DNA of 64,000 nt, taken from Anthoceros angustus. Taxonomy: Eukaryota; Plantae; Anthocerotophyta. Position numbers and translations under genes: made by a program. How positions within the stretch are numbered: position 1 is the first letter of the stretch; the number at the start of each line of letters is the position of its first letter. The notes under the pieces are model-generated. The model ran no database searches, was not told where the DNA came from, and worked only from the letters and a program-made list of their open reading frames with translations. The stretch lies in the NCBI GenBank assembly GCA_010909165.1, contig VJWM01000254.1:124001-188000 (forward strand). The letters run 5' to 3'. Positions 38,751 through 49,419 of this stretch are shown here, one piece after another.

Positions 38751-41220
38751 GTAGGGTTGAGGAAGGTGTCTACTGCATGATTGACCCATCGATGCGACAT
38801 TCAATCTATAGATCGGAATAAGTTTAGAGCAAAGAAGTATGTGATGGGAGTGCTCGGGGGCAATCACACCTATGCAGCGATGAAGCATCCGGACATATCT
38901 CCATCAAGGCCAGATTCCAATGGATGGAAGCCCATGTCTATTGTGGGCTCACTTTACAGGAGATGAGGGTTCTGGCCACAGACCACAACACCATGTCTGA
39001 CAAACGGAGGAAGATGACTTTCATTGAGCAAGTTCGGTATCTGCGAGATGAGTTGCGATAGCAAAGAGATGGAGTCAATATGACCATGAACTGGAAGTTC
39101 AACCTATAAGGTGCTAGGCTTGATAGATGATGATGAGGCCGAGAGGATGAGCGATAAGCAAAACAAGGTCGATAATCGCACACATATCCTTTGCATCGCC
39201 AAACTTGAGGGAGAGTGTGGGAAAATGTCGATAAGATCTTCACGAAGTGGAGGCCATGGAATTGCTGTAACAAGCCAAACATGTTGCCGCAGGACAAGCA
39301 AAAAGAGCAAGGGAAACTAAGACTGGATGAGGCGAAGTCGGTGGACCAAAGTTTTGAAGCCAAAGGACATGCAAGGAAGCCTTGGCGAAGTTTTCGTGGT
39401 ATTCCACCGGGTGAGACTGCCAAAAATGTTGATCGTCACCGAGAAGGTCGACAATATCCTTTGCATCGCCAAACTTGAGGGAGAGTGTGGGAAAATGTCG
39501 ATAAGATCTTCACAGTGGGAGGCCATGGAATTGCGAACAAGCCAAACATGTTGCCGCAGGACAAGCAAAAAGAGCAAGGGAAAGCGGAGGCTGCGGATGA
39601 GGCGAAGTCGGTGGACCAAAGTTTTGAAGCCAAAGGACATGCAAGGAAGCCTTGGCGAAGTTTTCGTGGTATTCCACCGGGTGAGGCGGCAAAAATGTTG
39701 ATCGTCACCGAGAAGGTCGTGACAGTCTCATAGACCTCAATGGTATGGCCAAGGAGATCACTCTTGGAAGAAACTACATGTGATACAAGTGGCTATGGCG
39801 AAGCATCTAGGCTGCAATTCATTCGAGATGGTGAGGAAGGAGTACCGGTGCACTCAACGGATGAAGTCATTGCGATTTCGACCGCTCAAGGGAAGGTGAG
39901 TTTCGCTGTTCTTACCAGTATAGAACTATTGGAGGGCGCCGGCATGACGGCGCCCTCCCTTTCCCTATTGTCCCCGCAATCTGACTTTCGGCAACCTCAC
40001 TTGTTTTGTGTTATTTTGCAGCAAGTTAAAGATGTTGAAGACCTGAAAAAGCTACCAGAAGATTTCCAGGCTTTTATATTAGAGGTCCACACATGGAAAG
40101 GGCTGGAGGATGAGCAGAGGGCACTTGCGGACATGGACATGGAGGAAGGGCTGCAATCTTTCATCGCCCAAAACAGAGGAGTTAGTGAAGTATCAAGTGG
40201 TGCGCAGAGATGTGGCGTAAATGAGAGGGTTTCTTTGAGTCAAGTATACAACTGGTGATGGATGTCCCTAGGGATTCAACAAGGGAAGTATGATGTCAAA
40301 CTTGAGCAAAGAAATGGCAAACATATTTCATTCCTTCCATGACATGACAATGTGCGACGAGATCGTAATGATAGTAATGCATGGTGTGGAAGAGCCGCAT
40401 ATTGTCGTGAGAGTATGAGGAAGTGGTGCGTGTGGAGGCATGGTCTCATTTGTTTGGGACAAAACTAATATGCACAATGACCAAGGAGGCTTTGACATCG
40501 TGGAGTACATCATGGGTGGGGTGACCGCACGAGCAAGAAGACAAAGGTGTCCATGTCAATACCTTGCGGGCTCTTTCAATAATGGGCGAGCGGTTATTGC
40601 ACACGACGTGGTGAAGAAGTTATTATACATGTCGCTGGACAAGCTGGTTGTTTCCGCGTATCAGAGGCCACTGGGTCTAATGATGAAGTTGATCAAGAAC
40701 TTCTCGAGAAGGAGATTGGATATTAGATGCATGTGCGGTGGAGTGGAACAACGACATTAGCGGCACTCCTTTGTGGCCGAAATTGCATTGTGGAGGTTGA
40801 CAAACGTGGCAGTTCATTCCGCAAAGGATTCATGGCTATGAAGTTTTACCGGACGCAGAGGAGGAGTTGACCCATGAGCCACACCGCCGAGGCCCCACCC
40901 ACCTGGGCAAAAGAATTGAGCTTGTCCGAGAAGGATGCATCCCAGTGCCCGTAGTCCCACTTGGGTTGAGCAGATGAAAGAGAAGACGGAGATCTTATAG
41001 ATGATCGCCAAGAAACTGCCTCGCATTGTGGCATCCCGACTATTTGGAGAAGAGCAAGGAGGATGCGGTCGATATCACGGAAATGCTATGGTCGAAAACG
41101 ACAATTTCGAGGATCCCGAGGATGCTCGACCAAGGACGGAAGTTGTGTTAGATAGCGTGTCGGGACAATGCCTCCCGAGCCACGCCTCAAGCCGAGAATC
41201 CCCTCGAGGGAAGTGAGTCT
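38640..41220 (+). pseudogene. ParB/Srx-like N-terminal domain plus beta-class N4C/N6A DNA methyltransferase-like gene (frameshifted, with an intron)
   Basis: VLGGNHTYAAMK (GGNH at 38856-38867) followed by VYCGLTLQEMRVLATDHN. Motif-IV-like LVMDVPR at 40261-40272. Motif X-I-II region YQRPLGLMMKLIKNFSxEGDWILDACAxSGTTTLAALLCGRNCI..EVD (~40655-40800, two frameshifts repaired) parallels N6_N4_Mtase QKP..L...LI..STNPGDIVLDPFAGSGTT..AA..LGR..IGIE. Confidence 0.7.
39185..39722 (+). repeat. 270-bp tandem duplication inside the ParB-MTase gene
   Basis: TCCTTTGCATCGCCAAACTTGAGGGAGAGTG occurs at 39187 and 39457. Confidence 0.85.
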
Positions 41221-41547
41221 AGTTTAGTTTTGAAAGTACCATAACCTGCATGGTTAGAACTAAGGCGCCGCATGCCGCGCCTGCTTAAGCCTCCTTCTTT
41301 AACTATGAGTGACATTGTTATTCGTTTTGTCAAGGATGACTTCTATTGACGGCTACAAAATATCTGTAGATCTCGTTTCACACCTATAAGACATTCGTCG
41401 TGCACCGTACGAGAGGTCCAGAATGCACCAACATACCCACATTCGTGTGAAAGCACCCACAAACGGGATGCGCAACCTCAAGCACTAAACTTGCAATGGA
41501 CCGGATGGGGAACCCGAATTTGGTCCCGGGTTTTCGAAAGCGGGTTC

Positions 41548-41579
41548 GTATATTCCGCCGGTTCAAATATTATGGTGTT
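41548..41579 (-). repeat. Right terminal inverted repeat (32 bp)
   Basis: GTATATTCCGCCGGTTCAAATATTATGGTGTT followed by CTAT. Confidence 0.85.
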
Positions 41580-44500
41580 CTATGAGCTACTCAAAACAAT
41601 CTAACGGGCTATACAAAATGCTCTTATTGATGGGTCACATTCAAAATGAAGTATCCTGGGTATGCAAATTAACCAATGCCCACAATAATGGCTTTAGAAC
41701 AGAGTGTGGAATGAAATGTATGAGGTTAGGGTTAAATATTATGAAACGATAAAGGTTAAATAATTAATGATATAAAGTTGAAGTAAATAATCATTCAGTT
41801 TGCTATAATCTGTCCGAGGGGATTTGGTTCATTTTTTTTTGGGTGTAATTCTTACTGATTGGAATTAAGAAAAAATAGCACATCTAGGAGAATCCTCCTA
41901 AAGGTATGAAAAACAAATGAGCTCAACTACACTAGACTAGTAAAAGTCAAGGTTGGTCGCGTTAACAGGTATCTTGACTTGTGTGCCATCCGAGAAATTT
42001 CCTAAGAAGGTGTGCCCTCCTCTTAAGTTGTGTGACCATCCACTGAACGAGATTGACCAGCAAATCTGCGTCCACCTGGACCTAAACTTGGTGAAGGGTG
42101 GCTGGCGTTAACAGCTAACCAATGTCCAATACTCTGTTAGCTTCATCATTGAGTGTCAACGGCAGGGATTAAGCGTTGATGGAGACCTCTTGAACAGATC
42201 ATTCACGTTCAGCACTATTTCCGGAACGATCTTGCAAGGACAGACTAAAGGTTGGGTGATTCGCAACAGCGTTCTGGCTTTCTCAACAAAGAAGGCCGCT
42301 CCCCAACTAGGGCTTTCGGCCTTGGCCAACTCCCAATCTCATTCCACGAGCTCCGCGACCTTGGGGCTGGCCAGCTCGAATTTAGGGAACATCAGAAGCC
42401 GAATTTCCTTTAAGGAATTGGTATCCTTATGTACATTGATGTCGATCAGTGTATCTAACTCGACATAGAACCAGTGAAGTTCCTCTGGATTCCTGCACTT
42501 AACCATAAAGGTGGGAGCAAAGGCTAATAGTGCCCTGACCAACTCCTCGGTCTATCTGGCTCCTTCCAGGTCAGTAGAACAACTAGCACACATCCAATTG
42601 TCTTCAGCGAATTATGTTTCCACTGGATCTGACAGGCTGGTCCTTACGATCTCCACCGCTTCATAGGCGGCATCGAGTTCAATTTTGGTTGTGCATGGTT
42701 CATAGACGGTTCAGTTTGAGAGAATTGAATGGAGTCAAGTCACAGTGATGCTCTGTGTGGTGTTGGCAGCTGCATTTCTAGAGAGAGTGGAGGTTTTCAG
42801 ATATAAGAGCTGAAGTAGGCTGATTCATCTCATCTCTAGGTTGTAAAAGGAGTGCGGTGTTGAACAAATTTTGCCGCAATTTGGTTATGGAGTTGGTTTT
42901 GCAAATTGTCTTCTTGGAATATCTCAACTAAATAAAGATGGAGAGGTATTGGGGAGGTGATACTCCGCATCTTTGTGTTCTAGTTATACTATTTCTGTTT
43001 GCCAGCATTTGTAATAGTAGTGAATTATCACCTGGTGTCACCTGATCACTCGCTATGGCTGTAGGCAAACCCTTGTCATGTCCGTGCCGTAGCCTTGGCA
43101 GGTTAGGATGCAAGAGCTTGAACACACTCCGCTCCATCTCATGTTGGACAACTTTGGACTGGTCGGAATGCCTCATCAACCTACTGCTCAAACAACCAAG
43201 ATGCCTCGTCTTCTGCCAATGAGTCCCCTCTCAAGCCCCTTCCTGCTGATCCTCAATTGTCCACCTCTGCTGGTAGACTCAATAGGATGTGGTCTAGCCA
43301 TTACAAGAATCACAGGTGTTTTATAACACATTTTACAATGTAATTTACATTGTCCTCACGTTGCAAAAATGGACATTTACACGTTTGTAGAATAACAGCT
43401 TAATGAGCGCTATTACTGCCAGTGTTGTGACATCTGTGGACATCCTCCTCATCTCCTTCCCCAGCGCCCAAGAAAACTAGGGCTCCCCTTTCTCACTCCC
43501 CAGCAGCTGCCGAGTACTCCATTCGACGTGTAACTAGTTGTCTGTCATTGCCCCAATGCAGGAAAATCAAGTTTGAAGCGCATGCGCAGGCCGAAGGAAG
43601 CAGCACCCTGTCTGCGGAGATGCTTCAACAAATCCCCAAGGACCTTGCACCTGTAGCCCCTAGCCTAGACCTCCTTCCTCACTCACTTGCTCGTAAAACA
43701 GGTCATCTTCAACTCTCTCAATAATGCAATGGACAAGTGGCATCAAACCATCGCGGAAGTCAAAGACAACTTTGCTGGTATTCTATCTAGAAATTGCTTT
43801 TGCACTGCGCACCGCGTAAGGGCATCTTTGTAAATTCCTTTGCCCATTATAACGCGACAAGATCACCAAGAAAAACAACCTTCAGACAGGGCAGCCCATA
43901 TCGTTGCACACGTGAATTGAGCCTTTCGATTGCAATCGCGAAGGAGAAGCGAGCAAGGGCTGAAGCGCTTCCTTGTTTTTTGTTTGCTATTGCTATCAAA
44001 TTCTACCCAAATTCACACTCCTCTCCAACACCCGGGGATGCATGAACGAGCATACTTAATGTGCAAAGTCCTGGGGCCATATTTCGTACCACAAAAATTC
44101 ATGAGCACCGTGAGGCATAGAAGAAGAAGAAGAAGAATTATATTTAAGTCCTCTAAGGACGGATTTCCGTCATGGGACTTGGTACTTAACAACTTCTACC
44201 ATGATGTGCCTAAGCTACTTGCACCAAGGGCATCCCACTTACTTTATACACCCCATCTAAGTACCGATCTAAGCTCAGGATGCTTAATCATCAAGGGCAT
44301 CCACTCCCTTTACGCACCCCAATCTAAGCTCAGGATGCTTAATCACGACGTTCTTATAAATGTGTGTCCATTTGGCCTAAGCCATTTGGACACACATATG
44401 GTGGAGCATGTTCGGCCCTAAAACGGGAAGTCGAAGCTAAGAAGCTAACAGCATCGTCGTCCCTAAAAACAGTTTCCCGAGGGATTCAAATCCCGAGAGG

Positions 44501-45606
44501 GAAAGGGGGAAGGAAAGCGGCAGGCAGGCTAGGCTAGTCTGGCATGCGCAATCGAGCGGCAGGGAGCAGTGACGTGCACCGGGTCGTGAGTCGGGCATGT
44601 ACGAGACGGCGGCCACGTGGGCGAGCCACGCCCCGCCGTCGCTACCACGTGCCGGCTGCCGGACACGGCATGCACATTCCCCGTTCCAACAGTTTTCAGT
44701 CCAAAAGGCAACTTCCCCGACGAACCTACGGTACTCGAGTCCTGGACCCCAGAAAAAAAAAAATCAAGGCCTACGTGAGGTCTCTGTGTGTATGCGTGTA
44801 CAGTACAACCTACCAAGTGTACCTAGGCAGTATCAAGGGCGGCCCACCTCGCATCAGATTCTGGCTGCGCCCTGTCCGTCCCCACCACCATTCCCTTTTG
44901 CCGGCGTCTAATCCCCACCCTAATAATCCCAATCTCCGTCTATAATCACCGCCCGCGGCCCGGAGCCCCGTCCCCGGTCCCCGGTCCCCCTTGCCCTGTA
45001 GGCTGCTGACTCCCAGTTGCAGCAACTTGGCCACCGATTCTCACGTTGGCACGCCACATGGGCCCGCGCCCCGCTGCCGCGTAGGGCACTGAACCCACGT
45101 CCCCGCCCCCGGGCCCCGCCCACGGACCAGCCCCGCCGGGATCCCCGGACCAAGCCCCTGGTCCGTCCATCGCCGGCTCCGCCTCTCTTTCCTTTCTCGT
45201 CTCTCTTCCTGTCCCTGGCGTCGGGACGCGCCACTGTGTTGCCCTGCAGGAGCAGGCCTCTGCCGGAAGCGGCAAGGCGGAGTCGGGGCCGAGCCGAGTT
45301 GCTTCCCGTGTGGTGCACGCCTGGCTGCTGCTGTTGCTGTTGCTGTTGCGTGCCCGCGGCCTCTTTAACCCCGCCTCCTGCCTGGGCTTTCTCCTTCTCC
45401 TCCCGCATTCTTCCTCGGCCGCAGACGGAGCGGCCTGAGCCTTCTGGAGCGTTCAATCTGTGTCTGGGAGATGGCCGGGGGACGACTGTTGCCTGCGGCT
45501 CAGGGGAGGCGAGGTCGGGTGTAGTTCTGAGCGGATCTGAGCTGGGGAGCGGGATCCGGCGGCTGCGGGAAGGGAGGGCGGAGGGAGAGGGTTTCCCGGC
45601 TGTGGC

Positions 45607-48600
45607 ATGGTGACTGCCCTGGCCGGGGTCATGGCTCTGTACTCCAGCTCGCCGCCTGCCGGAATGTGGTCTTCGCAATGTGCGTTGGGGGGTAATGCTG
45701 CTGCAGGGATGGAGATGGAGGTGGTGTCGCGGACTACGGCGCTTAATTCGGCGTCCAAGCCTGGGGTGTTGGTAGGAGGGTTGTCGTCGCTGTTTGCCAG
45801 CTCCGGGGCGCGGCATTCGGTGTGTGCCGGGGGGGAGGTGTCGGAGGCGCCGTGTCTGTCCATGGGGATGGTGCGGAGCGGGTCGCAGACGGATCTGGCG
45901 TCGTTGAGCGGGGGCTCGGAGAGCCGGAGTATTCCCAAGCTGAAGGAACGGAGTCCTGTGTCCGTGCTGTACGGACCTGGGGGGCCGGTTTGTGTGTCGG
46001 CGTCGGCTTCTGCTTCGCACAGCGGGTCGCATGGTTCACAGATCTTGTCGTTGGCGTGCGAGTGGGAGAGGGGGAGCGGGAGTGCCAGTACCAGCGGGGC
46101 GGATCACGTCTGGGAGCGGAGACGGTGGCCGTTGGAGTGTCGGAGGGGAGTCAGGAATGACGGGTTCGATGGGAGAGGGGACAGGTTGGCAGCTGCGTTC
46201 CGGTCCAGAGTTTTGGATCTGCGCAGGCCCGAGGTGGACTTGGGGTCCAGTGACTCGGAGGCGTCTGATTTTGGGGATGAGTTGGAGCTCGAGGGTTTGC
46301 AGACCGATGAGTTGGCGTGTGCTGATGGTAAGCGTGGGCCGGCTTGGGATGTGGCTGATTCACGGGAGAGGCTGCTGGGTCTGGCGGAGAGGGCTGCTGG
46401 TATTGCCTCCTCTTTGACTCAGGACGTTTTGGTTGCCGAGAAGGTGGTCAAGCCCAAATCCCCTGATGAGATGCTCAGGGATGCCCAGAGGCAGCACCGC
46501 GTTTTCAATCACGCTTTCGTTGTGAAAGCTTTTCGGACAGCACAAGATGCCCATAATGGTCAGGTACGCGTGGCAGGAGTACTGTTTTAATTTCGCTCTT
46601 TGATCGTGTGGCTTTTGTTTTGATGTTCAAGTGTGATTGTGTGGCTTTTGTTTTGATGCTCAAGTGTGGTTTTTGCTCGGTGTGATGCAGTTCCGCCGGA
46701 ATGGAGATCTGTACCTGGCACATTGTGTGGAGACTGCTCAAATCCTAGCAGCCTCCGGGGCAGACAGCACGGTTGTTGCGGCTGGCCTTCTTCACGACAC
46801 TCTGGATGACGCATACCTCGATGAATCACAGCTTCGGGTTGACTTTGGAGATGAAGTGGCTGGCCTTGTTTGCGGGGTATGTTTACCTTTACTTTCTGTT
46901 TCATTGGTCATCGGAGTCAATGAAGCTGTTCCACAAGCGCATGTGTTTGTCATCGGTTGTTCGCTTATAGCTCCGTTCTGCACTACAGGTCTCCAAGTTG
47001 AGCAAATTTAGCCAGTTAGCCCGTGACAACAGAACTGTGTGCAACTCGGTGGAGGCTGATCGGCTGCGTACCATGTTTCTGTCTATGGTGGATGCCCGTG
47101 TGGTTCTCATTAAACTGGCAGATCGCCTGCATAATATGAGAACCCTTGGTGCCCTGTCCCCCGTGAAGCAGATCCGCATTGCTGATGAAACTCTTCACAT
47201 ATTTGCCCCACTGGCAAGTCGACTGGGTATCTGGAGCTGGAAAGCTGAAATGGAGGATCACTGCTTCAGATACTTGAGGCGTGAAGAATATGACGAGTTA
47301 TCCCTAAGAGTGGCTGAGGGAAGGGGTGAAGGCGAGTTGCTCTCCTCTATCAAAGAACTGGATCAGGCTCTACGAGAGCAAGGTGTGGAGTTCACAGATC
47401 TTTCTGGCCGGCCCAAGAATTTGTACAGTATTTACTCGAAAATGATCAGGTAAGGAATCAGACAAAAGCTTTGCTGGTACCTGGATGACTGCTTTTTTCT
47501 TGTGTCCCTGCAACTGTGCCTCACAAAAAATCCGTGTGTTGCAGAAAGGGCCGGCATATTGATGAAATATTTGACTATCATGGGCTACGTTTAATCGTTG
47601 AAGATGAGGCAAGCTGTTATACTGCTTTGGAGGTCGTACACAGGCTGTGGTCACACGTTCCAGAGAAATTGAAGGACTACATAAAATCACCCAAAGAAAA
47701 TGGGTAAGCTTTCTGACCCGTGTTTCTTCATGCCTGATGTTGGAAACTTCACCTAATTCGATTGCCACTTTATTACTGCAGGTATCAGTCTCTGCATACT
47801 GTTGTGCGTGGTAGTGAAGGACATTTTTTGGAGGTTCAAATCAGGACTGTTAAGATGCATCATCAGGCTGAATTTGGTTTAGCTGCCCACTGGCGATACA
47901 AGGAGGGAAACCATAAATATTCGTCCTTCATACTTCAGAAAGTGGAATGGGCTCGCTGGGTTTTGACATGGCAAAGTGAGATCATGGATACAAAAGTCAG
48001 ACTGTCACCTGCACAATCAGACCTCAGGCCACCCTGCCCTTTTCCCCTCCACAAAGATGACTGCCGCCATTCCACTGTTTGCTACCAGCCTCCACAACAT
48101 GATGACGATCCTCTCTTTGTTATATTGCTGGAGAATGACAAGGTACTAAACTTTGTTCTTTATCTCATTTCTGGGGTTCACATTGCTGTGTCTTGCCGCT
48201 TAGGGCTGGGGCTTCCTGTAAGATTTTTGTTTCCGATAGGGGCAGTTTGCTAGTTGTTCGGAACACATGAAAATCTGTAACACACTTCGTTATGCAGATG
48301 GTTGTCCAAGAATTGCTTCCAGGGTGTACAGCAGCAGACTTGATGGTTGAAAGACGAGAGAAGTACCCAGATTGGGACTCCACATGTGCAACCGGAAGCT
48401 ATAGCAAGGAGAAGAAGGCAAAAGTAAATTGCAAGTTTGTAGAGGATGCTCATCAGAAGCTGAGGATGGGTGATCTTGTAGAATTTGCTTGCGAACCGGA
48501 AGTCAGTTCGGACAGGGATAGTATGCTTTTGGAGCATACCGCACACCGAGGATCTCCAGGGGACAGGTGTGGTCAAATTGCTGTTGAGTTTCAGAGGGAA

Positions 48601-48690
48601 CAACTGAAGCGGCTCTATCAGGATAGCGGAGATGCAAGGAGGACTCCTAGGTTAGATCGGAAACCTAGTTCTCTGGCAGGGTTATCGTAA
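45607..48690 (+). CDS. RSH2/RSH3: RelA/SpoT homolog, RSH2/RSH3 type, probably plastid-targeted; exons 45607-46563, 46691-46876, 46989-47449, 47545-47703, 47782-48142, 48298-48690
   Basis: Ser-rich transit-like N-terminus; HD domain [11 protein letters not shown] and [15 protein letters not shown]; synthetase motifs [30 protein letters not shown] and EVQIRT...[13 protein letters not shown] phases are consistent. Confidence 0.93.
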
Positions 48691-48974
48691 CGTGACGAAC
48701 GTCATGGGCAATCCGTTATCCCGATCCACATAAGCGTAGTTGTATACATGTGTAAAAAATTGAATGGTGGGTCAGGGCTGACGGAGGGGAGACTTATCTA
48801 TTTCATTCTTTACGTCCTCGGGAATGTTTTTTGGACAAACTTGGGCATGAGGTCCTGCCCTGTATCTCGTCCTGAGGATGGTTTGATCAGGTCTTGTACA
48901 TAAGGATGCTCTGATCAGATCTTGTACATAAATAAAGTGCTCTTGCTGCCCAGGCTTTCAGTCTTTCTGCTGTA

Positions 48975-49342
48975 GACTGCTGGTTGTTGATCATTCTGGA
49001 TATGGGTCTCCAGACTGCTGGTTGTTGCTCATTCTGGAGATGGGTCTCCAGACCGCTGGTTGTTGCTCATTCTGGAGATTCTCTCCAGACTGCTGGTTGT
49101 TGCTCATTCTGGAGATGGGTCTCCAGACTGCTGGTTGGCTCATTCTGCAGATGGGTCTCCAGACTGCTGGTTGTTGCTCATTCTGCAGATGGGTCTCCAG
49201 ACTGCTGGTTGTTGCTCATTCTGGAAATGGGTCTCCAGACTGCTGGTTGCTGCTCATTCTGGAGATGGGTCTCCAGACTGCTGGTTGCTGCTCATTCTGG
49301 AGATGGGTCTCCAGACTGCTGGTTGTTGCTCATTCTGGAGAC
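48975..49342. repeat. 38-bp minisatellite, about 9-10 copies
   Basis: Unit CTCCAGACTGCTGGTTGTTGCTCATTCTGGAGATGGGT, head-to-tail with no spacers. Confidence 0.9.
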
Positions 49343-49419
49343 TTCGACCATGACTTGTACCAATTAGAATTGAAGTGCTCCTCCCCTGCACTGGCTTATT
49401 CGGCTTCACTTGCTAATTT

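Larger units (their letters stand above)
24534..41579. mobile_element. ~17 kb TIR DNA transposon with a DUF7869-like transposase (minus) and a ParB-like/amino-methyltransferase-like gene (plus)
   Basis: AACACCATAATATTTGAACCGGCGGAATATAC at 24534-24565 is the exact reverse complement of 41548-41579. CTAT directly flanks both ends (24530-24533, 41580-41583). Internal coding remnants are listed separately. Confidence 0.8.

Noticed and set aside
24534-41579. Bacterial contamination or prophage as the source of the ParB-MTase gene
   Set aside because: The region is continuous with plant genes and plant TEs, has a GT-AG intron candidate and eukaryotic-type TIR/TSD, and shows no operon-like structure.
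41900-44480. Possible Ty3/gypsy or other retroelement remnants (ORFs 42339-42542, 43930-44421)
   Set aside because: Only vague resemblance; I could not identify a diagnostic RT, RH or integrase motif, or paired LTRs.
44920-46032. 370-aa minus-strand ORF
   Set aside because: Antisense shadow of the GC-rich RSH first exon and leader.
48975-49342. CRISPR-like array (38-bp partly palindromic repeats)
   Set aside because: Units are contiguous with no unique spacers, there are no cas genes, and the context is eukaryotic; it is a minisatellite.
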